Shown: piece after piece, positions 10,203-17,576 of the stretch
How the letters are laid out: each line of letters starts with the position of its first letter
How positions within the stretch are numbered: the stretch's first letter is position 1
DNA from: Bdellovibrionota bacterium
Lineage (GTDB): Bacteria > Bdellovibrionota_G > JALEGL01 > DATDPG01
Assembly (NCBI GenBank): GCA_963668355.1
Contig: OY764265.1
Coordinates: 928,001 to 992,000, forward strand
Direction of reading: 5' to 3'
Length of the DNA: 64,000 nt
Notes under the pieces: model-generated
Told to the model about the DNA's origin: nothing
The model's input: the letters and a program-made list of their open reading frames with translations, nothing else
Database searches by the model: none
Made by a program: the position numbers and the translations under genes

Positions 10203-10242
10203 TGAAATCCCCCGACAGAAAAAGGTTGATCTTTGAGGAGGC

Positions 10243-10322
10243 AAAAAAAACCGGCCTTAGAGAAACCTCTCGCTCTGCCCTTCGATAAGGACCTGAAAAA
10301 GAAGCATTTCTAAGACCGGTTC
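10243..10322 (-). promoter_or_regulatory. candidate leader/attenuator or small-RNA hairpin ending in a U8 tract
   Basis: On the minus strand AACCGGUCUUAGA pairs with UCUAAGGCCGGUU (one G-U) and runs into U8, about 40 nt upstream of the start at 10202. Confidence 0.55.
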
Positions 10323-10384
10323 TAAATCCACCCACGATATGTAACTCAGAACTATCACAGCGCGTTAGTCTTTGCAAAATCTTT

Positions 10385-10421
10385 AAAAAAAGAAAAGGCC
10401 GGACAATCATCCGGCCTTTTC
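10385..10421 (-). terminator. intrinsic terminator of the upstream lipoprotein gene
   Basis: GAAAAGGCCGGA-caatca-TCCGGCCTTTTC perfect 12-bp stem plus an A-tract. Confidence 0.85.
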
Positions 10422-10443
10422 CAAAGGATATTTGAGCTACACC

Positions 10444-11904
10444 TTAAGGAGCAACTGTGGGGGCCTTCGTCATGAACACTTCCTCAGCAACCTCCAAGAC
10501 CAAGCTACTCTGCTTAATCTTTGTATCAAACGAAAGCGCTCCATGAAGAGGAACAGGTCGAGCGATTTCGGCGGGAAGAGGTTCGAAACCTCGATCATCC
10601 CGAGAATCCACATCAATCAACAGAGCTTCAACCAAGGGGCTTCGGCCTTTGTTCGAACCGTCTTCGGAGTATAGAAGCGCTACCATATGACAGTCTTCTC
10701 CGCTGGTGCAAATCTCTTTGAGCGAGCTATGCAGTCGTCGAGACTCCACCGGGGCGTTCTTGTCAAAGGTTTCAACCGCGATTTCTCCGTTGATCAACAC
10801 AGCCATGGCCGTCGCATTCTCCGAACCCGCACTGCTTCCTGCAATCTTCAAAATGGGGTTCCATCGCCGAGGCACATTCAAAATCGCTTCCACCACATAA
10901 AGGAACCCATCGCCTTCATCAATGGTTTCAGGAACCTTTTGAACCTGAGGCAGGGTATCCAGAGCGAACTCACCATACCAATCACCAAATTCATCAATTC
11001 CACCCAAGGTCAATGCACGGTTCCAGTTTCCAGCTTCCAAAACAAAACTGGAAGTGACCGTTGTAGGCCAAGAATCATAGGGTTTTCGCATGGGAAGAAT
11101 CGCATAATTTTTGTCCTTTTTTTCCTGTTCGGTCACACGATTGATCACTTCTCGGATCGTATCTACGCGAAGCAGTTCAAGATTAAAGGACTTCTGTTTG
11201 TCTCCAGATTTCCAGGGAAGAAGTTCTTTGGTCCATTTATCTTTCTGCTTGGGCAAACGAAAAGCCGCAACTTTATATCCATTAACCAAGAACGGATCCA
11301 ATCCGTTGGCTCGGCCTTTTTCGCTGCGTTCACACTCGTCCCCGATTCCATCGCGATCGCTATCTTCTCCTTCAAAATATTCGGCTTCGGAACAACCAAA
11401 TTTGGCCATCCCCACCGGATCATCTCGTTTGGCGACTATGTTTAATTCGCTCATGGGCTGGGCATCTCGATTGAGCGTTCGAGCCCTACGATCCGTCGTC
11501 GTTGGGGCCTGAGAGGTGGTGGAAGGAACAGTAGAGGTTCCAGGAAGGGCACCACACAGACCTCGGGCAAACATGGCTTGGTTCGGAACTCGTTTTCCCG
11601 TTTGAGAATCAATATGCCAACACCCTTGCGTACCATTCATCATGAGGTTGCCCGACAATCCATTTCGGCTGGTCATGTTGGCCATGCGCTCCATCTGAGC
11701 CTGTTGGTAAGAATTTCGAAACGTCGTCGTGCTTGCTGGAGAGGTATAGTTGGAACCATACCGATTTCCATAATACGAAGCCATTTGAGCTTGCATCAAG
11801 CGTTGGTCTCTTAAGATTCGATCTCGATCCGAGTTATTCGAACTACAACCGACCACCAAACTGGCCAGAGCGATGAGCTTAACTGCTGTGTGCATCGTTT
11901 TCAT
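10444..11904 (-). CDS. lipoprotein with low-complexity linker, TSP3-like Ca-binding motif and possible PA14-like C-terminus
   Basis: SD GGAGG, lipobox LVVG|C, DSDRDGIGDECE..NGLDPF. The C-terminal beta-rich pattern is only weakly PA14-like. Confidence 0.75.
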   Translation of the reverse strand: MKTMHTAVKLIALASLVVGCSSNNSDRDRILRDQRLMQAQMASYYGNRYGSNYTSPASTTTFRNSYQQAQMERMANMTSRNGLSGNLMMNGTQGCWHIDSQTGKRVPNQAMFARGLCGALPGTSTVPSTTSQAPTTTDRRARTLNRDAQPMSELNIVAKRDDPVGMAKFGCSEAEYFEGEDSDRDGIGDECERSEKGRANGLDPFLVNGYKVAAFRLPKQKDKWTKELLPWKSGDKQKSFNLELLRVDTIREVINRVTEQEKKDKNYAILPMRKPYDSWPTTVTSSFVLEAGNWNRALTLGGIDEFGDWYGEFALDTLPQVQKVPETIDEGDGFLYVVEAILNVPRRWNPILKIAGSSAGSENATAMAVLINGEIAVETFDKNAPVESRRLHSSLKEICTSGEDCHMVALLYSEDGSNKGRSPLVEALLIDVDSRDDRGFEPLPAEIARPVPLHGALSFDTKIKQSSLVLEVAEEVFMTKAPTVAP

Positions 11905-11958
11905 GATGTCCTCCAAATATCCTTTCATCCCCTTCTCAGGGACCTCACCCCCTCTAAA

Positions 11959-11975
11959 CGCAACACCCATACCAA
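11959..11975 (-). promoter_or_regulatory. sigma54 (-24/-12) promoter
   Basis: TTGGTATGGGTGTTGCG has GG-N10-GC spacing; IHF-like TAACTCGTTGAAA at 12014-12002. Confidence 0.65.
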
Positions 11976-12139
11976 CTTGGCCAAAATTAACTTTTCTTTA
12001 TTTTCAACGAGTTAGGTGCATAAATAGGGGGGTGTGGGTTGAGCAAGGAGTGAGCAGGTAACGCCCCATGCGCCATATACGTCCCAATTCCCCCATTCCC
12101 CAAAATCAGCGAAATTTCGAGATTGGTTCTGTTGAGAAC

Positions 12140-12488
12140 TCGCAGATGTAACGAGGTGGCGGGAAAGTGGCTTAAAGGTTCCAGGAATGGCTCGACATGA
12201 AAGGCCGAGAAGTTTTAAGTTTACCTGTCTGCGCTTAAGTTCCTTCCACCTTTAAGCCACTTTCCAATTGCCTAAGGAGTGGAAGCAAACATGCATGTCT
12301 CGGAAGTGTTTCGTTTTCGGGAGGAGAAATTAAGCGGAGCCTCCGGAGCATCTTAAATGCGTGGATTTGCAAAATTTACGGAAACTCCTTGGATTTGCAC
12401 GGCAGACGCGCGAGCCATTCGACGGAGAAAACGAAATACTTCCGAGGCCTGCTTAAGCCACTTTCCCGCCACCTCGTTACATCTGCGA
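12140..12488. repeat. composite nested inverted-repeat element holding two hairpin units
   Basis: Perfect 36-bp IR 12140-12175/12453-12488, inner 18-bp IR 12162-12179/12248-12265, and a 22-bp IR unit 12297-12448 (copy 2 of the 7.15 kb element). Confidence 0.9.
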
Positions 12489-12596
12489 ATTTTCTTCGCC
12501 AATCAACAAAGGCAGGACGTGCTCTCGGGGGAGAGTCTACAGCTGAGGAGGGAACCCGCGAGTTCACGGTGAAACGCCTGTCTCTTTGAAAAAAAC

Positions 12597-13154
12597 TTAT
12601 TGTTCGTTCTTACGAATGGCGACGAGTCGGTATTGATCAAATCCGGCTTCCGCCGCCGTAAATAAGACGGACGTCACCAACCAATAAGGTGTCTTCTTGT
12701 CGGCGATCACCAGAACCTCTCCACTAAACTTGATCTTATCGCTCAGCTTGGCCAGCTCTTTGAAGCCTGCCGCTTTGCTTTGGAGCTTCGAGAAAAGATC
12801 TTTGATCAAGTAGCGTCGACTCCGAGCATTCTTTTCCAAGGTTCTCAGCGTCTTTTTATCCAACACCATCACATGGTCTGCATCTACAGAGATGATTCCA
12901 TCTTGATCGTCTCCGTACCCGGTAACCACCAATTTCGTGGCTTCAATGGGATTCATCAAATTGCTGGACAGAGGAATGCTGATTGACTCTCCGACGGGAA
13001 TGGACATCGCACTAACAGAATAGCTTTTGAGAAGAAAGATAACGACAACCGTTAACATGTCCATCATGGCCACGAGATTTAGTTCCCGTATGGCTCCTGG
13101 ATGAAATGCCTTGCCTCTTCTCCTCTTTAGTTGTGCTCGATAATTTCTTCCCAC
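12597..13154 (-). CDS. exbD: ExbD/TolR-family protein, AglS-like
   Basis: IRELNLVAMMDMLTVVVIFLLKSYS (conserved Asp), ADKKTPY..V..V..TA..AGF. Confidence 0.88.
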   Translation of the reverse strand: MGRNYRAQLKRRRGKAFHPGAIRELNLVAMMDMLTVVVIFLLKSYSVSAMSIPVGESISIPLSSNLMNPIEATKLVVTGYGDDQDGIISVDADHVMVLDKKTLRTLEKNARSRRYLIKDLFSKLQSKAAGFKELAKLSDKIKFSGEVLVIADKKTPYWLVTSVLFTAAEAGFDQYRLVAIRKNEQ

Positions 13155-13163
13155 GATGACTCC

Positions 13164-13670
13164 TTAGATGATGCTTAAGGTTACGTCCGGAAACAAGTCT
13201 GACTCACCGTTCTTTTGCTCCCGAAGAGCGTCCATTGTACGGATGATGTCATCGTAAATGATCTTCGGATCCGAGATAATGAGAACACGAGATTCCTTGG
13301 TGAATCGATTTTTCAGATTCACAGCAATTTCTCGTAAGCGATCAAAATCGTATCCCTCAACTTGTTTGGGAACGACCGTGGGCTTGATCGATTTTCCACC
13401 TTGCACACTCGGATCAACGACGAACCCTTTTTGGGTCACGCGGACAATCAGCAAAAGCTCCTCGCCTTTCTTGGCTGCTTGTGCCTGCACTTTGGCTGAA
13501 TCCGGAGCCAACTGAGGAATGGATGCGTTCAAGATGGTAAAGCCCAAAAAGCTGGTGATGTTGACCAGGAGGAACAAAACTAAACAGGTCATCATGTCCA
13601 GATACGGAACGATATTGAGTTCCGTACCAATTTCCATCAACGCCCCTCGGCGGCCTCTTCCGCGTGCCAT
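13164..13670 (-). CDS. exbD: ExbD/TolR-family protein, AglQ-like
   Basis: ELNIVPYLDMMTCLVLFLL, YDDIIRTMDALR, LFPDV. Confidence 0.88.
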   Translation of the reverse strand: MARGRGRRGALMEIGTELNIVPYLDMMTCLVLFLLVNITSFLGFTILNASIPQLAPDSAKVQAQAAKKGEELLLIVRVTQKGFVVDPSVQGGKSIKPTVVPKQVEGYDFDRLREIAVNLKNRFTKESRVLIISDPKIIYDDIIRTMDALREQKNGESDLFPDVTLSII

Positions 13671-13692
13671 AGATTTCCTCTCTTAACTCAAG

Positions 13693-14334
13693 TTAAGCGG
13701 CTTTTTCAGAATCGTTTCTAAGAGCCAGCAAGTTTTCCAAACGACTGGAAAAATAGTCCAGGTCCCCAATGATTCGTTTGGCAATTCCCGAAAGAACCAA
13801 GTGGAAGAAAATACAAATCACCGCGATCACCAAACCTGCGGCCGTATTGTAGAGGGCTTCTGCAATACCAGCACCCAATAGCTTAGCTCGATCTTCCGGA
13901 GTGGCTTCCGACAAGCCCAAAAAGGAATCCATCAATCCAAAAATGGTTCCGATCAAACCGATCAATGTCGCGATGTTTGCGAATGACCACAATGAACCAA
14001 TTCGCTTCTCGATTTGTGGAGTCACCTGCAACAACGCTTCATCAATGGCCATGCTAACCGCCATATTGCTACGATTGGCTTTTACCAAGCCTGCTTTCAC
14101 AACGGTGGCCAAGGGGGTTTTGGAAGTATTGCAGTAGTTGATGGCTTGGGTCAGGTCATTGGCCAACACATAACTCTCAATATTCTTCATAAAATTTTTG
14201 CCATCAAACGAATGCTTCATCAACAAGGCATAGAAGCGTTCGAAAATCACCGCAATCGCCATTGGCGAAATAACGACAAGGTTCACCCAGAAAAACGGTG
14301 TGGCTTCTTTTAAAAATACCGAAAAACTATCCAT
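13693..14334 (-). CDS. exbB: MotA/TolQ/ExbB proton-channel protein, AglR-like
   Basis: IFERF, ATLIGLIGTIFGL, GIAEALYNTAAGL; SD AGGAGG before ATG 14334. Confidence 0.92.
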   Translation of the reverse strand: MDSFSVFLKEATPFFWVNLVVISPMAIAVIFERFYALLMKHSFDGKNFMKNIESYVLANDLTQAINYCNTSKTPLATVVKAGLVKANRSNMAVSMAIDEALLQVTPQIEKRIGSLWSFANIATLIGLIGTIFGLMDSFLGLSEATPEDRAKLLGAGIAEALYNTAAGLVIAVICIFFHLVLSGIAKRIIGDLDYFSSRLENLLALRNDSEKAA

Positions 14335-14409
14335 GAACGAGTCCTCCTGTTTCAACATCTACTGTCGTGGTCACCCTTTGAATATAGGTAACCATTGAAA
14401 ACGAAAGGG

Positions 14410-14418
14410 ATTATAGCA
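14410..14418 (-). promoter_or_regulatory. extended -10 promoter for the motor operon
   Basis: TGcTATAAT on the minus strand, about 75 nt upstream of the start. Confidence 0.6.
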
Positions 14419-14449
14419 CTCCCATCAAAAAGGTACCAAAAACTTCGAT

Positions 14450-15532
14450 CTAAGCCTCTTTTTCAATGACCCGAGCCAGTTTTTGATGTTCGGGCCATCC
14501 ATCTGAAAGCGCTAGGTTGCCCTCCCTGCCGGGCTTGGACAAGTATTTTTTCTTCAGCGCCCTCACCCTTCCCAAGGCCTCATTCACACGCTCTTCGGAG
14601 ATTTCGTTTCGTTTCAGGGCTTGCTCAATGCGCCGAATCACCTTCTCGGCTTCATCCAAGGATTTACATACCAGAAGGAGGTCTACGCCAGCTGAAAGAG
14701 CTTTTATTGCAGCTTCGGCGATCTCTCCATGCTGGGAAATCGCCTTCATTTCAAGGTCGTCACTCAGCACCACCCCTTGAAAGCCCATTTTCTCTCGAAG
14801 AAGACCTTGAATCAGCACGCTGGACAAGGTTGCCGGGTTTTTGTCCCAAGTCGGATACACCACATGCGCTGTCATGATGGTGGGCACCTGTGCTCGAATG
14901 GCGGCTCGAAAGGGCTCCAATTCCCTTCGACCCATTTGTCGCCGAGAAACCTCGATGACCGGCAAAACCAAGTGACTGTCCGACGAGGCATCCCCATGAC
15001 CCGGAAAATGTTTGGCACAGGACACCACCCGTTCTCGGTTGTATGCCCGTACCGTCGCCGAAACCAAACGACTGACAATGGAAGGACGAGAATCAAAGCT
15101 GCGATCCCCAATCACGGGATTTCTGGCATTGCTGTCCACATCGGCCACCGGCGTAAAATTCACATTCACGCCAATGGCTTTTAATTCTCTTGCCATGGCA
15201 ACAGCTTGCTTGCGAGCCAGGGTTTCTTTTCCGGTTTTTCGAAAAATTTTTCCCAGACTTCGATTTCCAGGCCATTCGGTAAAGGGGGCGTAAAGACGAC
15301 ACACCCGCCCGCCCTCTTGATCTATGCCAATAAGGGGCGCAGTTTCAGAAAGCGTGCAGAGCTGTTGGGAAAATTTCCGAAGTTGAGCCGGAGTGTCTAC
15401 GTTTCGCCGAAAATAAATGAATCCGCTGGGATCATATTTTCGAATGAAGGCTTTTTCTTTTTTTGAAAGGCATTTTCCCTCCAAGCCCATCATCAAAAGT
15501 TGGCCAATTGGTTTGGATAATGTTGGGGACAT
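14450..15532 (-). CDS. nagZ: beta-N-acetylhexosaminidase (GH3)
   Basis: IDQEGGRV, IGDRSF, KHFPGHG...DSH, SDDLEM. Start set to MSPTLSKPIGQ; uncertain. Confidence 0.93.
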   Translation of the reverse strand: MSPTLSKPIGQLLMMGLEGKCLSKKEKAFIRKYDPSGFIYFRRNVDTPAQLRKFSQQLCTLSETAPLIGIDQEGGRVCRLYAPFTEWPGNRSLGKIFRKTGKETLARKQAVAMARELKAIGVNVNFTPVADVDSNARNPVIGDRSFDSRPSIVSRLVSATVRAYNRERVVSCAKHFPGHGDASSDSHLVLPVIEVSRRQMGRRELEPFRAAIRAQVPTIMTAHVVYPTWDKNPATLSSVLIQGLLREKMGFQGVVLSDDLEMKAISQHGEIAEAAIKALSAGVDLLLVCKSLDEAEKVIRRIEQALKRNEISEERVNEALGRVRALKKKYLSKPGREGNLALSDGWPEHQKLARVIEKEA

Positions 15533-15557
15533 CGCTAGGATGAAAACAGGAAAAAAC

Positions 15558-16946
15558 ATGCTCCGCAACTTCGCAATCGTCATCTTCATTTTCATGGTCT
15601 TTATTCCCTTGGAAGCACCGGGAAAGACCTGGAAAAATCAGCTGGAACCCGTCCTCAAGAAATGGAACCTTCCTTCGGATGCCTATGCCATCCGTCTGGA
15701 ACGGCTGGATTCAGGGAAAAACCTGTTCTCTCATCAGGAAAAACAGGCATTTAATCCCGCCTCTACAATCAAACTTCTCACGGCGGCAAGCGCCCTCTCC
15801 GAACTGGGCCCGAATCATCGATTTCAAACCAGACTATTTCAAACGCAGACTCAAGCCTGTTTGAAAGGTGGCGGAGACCCCTCTTTGGTCAGCGAGCGGA
15901 TGTGGCTTTTGGTACGCGAGGCCATCCGAAAGGGGTTCAAAGAAATTCCAGGGGATCTTTGGTTGGACACGTCATTGTTTCCACGAGAGAAGTTTTCCCG
16001 TCACTTTCAAGGGGATCGGAATCGTGCGTTTACGGCCCCCATCAGTTCTTTGCTCGTCAACTTCAACTCGTTAACCATTTTTGTTTCCCCCACCACCCTT
16101 GGAAAACCTGCATCCATTCAACTTGATCCCCATTTGCCTTGGTTCCACATCCATAACCGAACTCGAACCCGAAAGAAAACGAACCGAAAGTCCGTAGATG
16201 TATCGATTCAAGAAACTTCCAAGGGTCAAATGTCTGTCGACACATGGGGAAGCGCTGGACTTAACCGAGGGGAAATCACTCTCTATCGCAATGTTCCCTC
16301 CCCTGCAGACTATGCAGGCCACCTCTTCATTGACCTGTTCAAGAAAGCCGGAGGAACCTTCCAGGGAAAAATTCTGCAAAAGAATTGCCCGGCCCATGCA
16401 ACCGAGGTTCTCGAATTCTCTTCCGTTCCCCTTTCCCAAATTGTGTTTGGCATGAATAAATTCTCAAACAACGTCATTGCCGAAATGCTCTTACGGGCTG
16501 TGGGCAAAGAACCCACTCGGGAAAGTGGACTACAAGCCCTTCGAAACTGGTTGAACGCATCAAACATCAGCGCGCCGGAGCTCAAGCTGAATAACGCCTC
16601 GGGTTTGTCTCGCAAAAATCGCATTTCTGCGAAAAGCTTGGCGGCCATCATCCGCACCGCAGCCAATGATCTTCGCATCGGGCCGGAATTTTTAAGTTCT
16701 CTCGGCATCGCGGGAACCGACGGAACCCTGAGGCGTCGATTAAAGGATTTTCCTCAGGCAAATCGAATCCGCGCCAAATCGGGACGATTGGCGAATGTTG
16801 TCGCTTTGGCTGGCGTTGTCGACACCCCCAAGGTCGGAAAACTGGTCTATGTGTTTTTTTCCCGGCCGGCTCAAAAACAAGCTTGGAACGCCCAAAAAAT
16901 GGAAGAAGACCTACTCAAAGCGATCATTGCATACAATGGTCAATGA
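15558..16946 (+). CDS. dacB: D-Ala-D-Ala carboxypeptidase/endopeptidase (PBP4, peptidase S13)
   Basis: PASTIK (SxxK), GGGDP, KFSNN (SxN), ASGLSR, AKSG (KTG-like). Start is 15540 or 15558. Confidence 0.93.
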   Translation: MLRNFAIVIFIFMVFIPLEAPGKTWKNQLEPVLKKWNLPSDAYAIRLERLDSGKNLFSHQEKQAFNPASTIKLLTAASALSELGPNHRFQTRLFQTQTQACLKGGGDPSLVSERMWLLVREAIRKGFKEIPGDLWLDTSLFPREKFSRHFQGDRNRAFTAPISSLLVNFNSLTIFVSPTTLGKPASIQLDPHLPWFHIHNRTRTRKKTNRKSVDVSIQETSKGQMSVDTWGSAGLNRGEITLYRNVPSPADYAGHLFIDLFKKAGGTFQGKILQKNCPAHATEVLEFSSVPLSQIVFGMNKFSNNVIAEMLLRAVGKEPTRESGLQALRNWLNASNISAPELKLNNASGLSRKNRISAKSLAAIIRTAANDLRIGPEFLSSLGIAGTDGTLRRRLKDFPQANRIRAKSGRLANVVALAGVVDTPKVGKLVYVFFSRPAQKQAWNAQKMEEDLLKAIIAYNGQ

Positions 16947-16962
16947 GCTAGGATCCGGCTGT

Positions 16963-17565
16963 ATGAAGCGTTTACTTCCTTTTCTTTTACTGTTTTTGTG
17001 GACCTCTGTCCTGGCCTCCGACGTAAAACTCGACCCGGCCGACCAGAAAGCTTTGGAAGCTCTGGAACAGCAAATCACCGATCTTAAACGAGACGTGCAT
17101 TTGTCAAAAATGCGTGTTCATGAGCTGGAAGAGGCCGTGTTGCGCGGCAAGATTACCGGCTCGAAGGCGCACATCGTCTTTGACAACCAGGCGGAAGGCT
17201 TCTTCGCATTTGTTTCGGCCGAGTTCTTTCTGGATGGCGATTTAATTATGAAAGTAGACGGGAAGGGAAGAAAGTCTCCCTTAGAAAAACTCGACGTTTT
17301 TGACAAAGACCTACCTCCCGGAGAACACACGCTTGAAGCCAAGATCAACTTCGAAGGCAACGAAAAAGCCATTCATACGGCCTTTTCTTACTTCAAAGAC
17401 CACAAGTTCCGGGTTGAAACCCGCGAAAAGTTTCCTGTGGAGTATGGAAAAACAACCTTGGTCAAACTTACAGCCATCGATCAGGGGTATTTCAAAACTG
17501 AGTTGAGTGAAAGACTCCATTTAAAATTCGAACTCTTGAAGAACTGGGGAAGCACCCTCCCGTAA
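16963..17565 (+). CDS. secreted coiled-coil + beta-sandwich protein (Glt-paralog-cluster associated)
   Basis: Signal peptide, coiled coil, FFLDG..PGEH..FSY...KF. From memory it resembles proteins preceding large TPR genes in myxobacteria. Confidence 0.7.
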   Translation: MKRLLPFLLLFLWTSVLASDVKLDPADQKALEALEQQITDLKRDVHLSKMRVHELEEAVLRGKITGSKAHIVFDNQAEGFFAFVSAEFFLDGDLIMKVDGKGRKSPLEKLDVFDKDLPPGEHTLEAKINFEGNEKAIHTAFSYFKDHKFRVETREKFPVEYGKTTLVKLTAIDQGYFKTELSERLHLKFELLKNWGSTLP

Positions 17566-17576
17566 GTCGCAAAATT

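Noticed and set aside
10243..10322. SRP RNA or glycine riboswitch (UCAGGUCC, CGAAGG fragments)
   Set aside because: It lacks the SRP GNRA loop followed by AGCAG, and the glycine-aptamer motifs are in the wrong order.
12510..12590. Hammerhead ribozyme (CTGAGGA...GAAAC on the plus strand)
   Set aside because: No valid fold: the cleavage-site base would be G with six unpaired bases between stem I and CUGA, and in the alternative register stem I does not pair.
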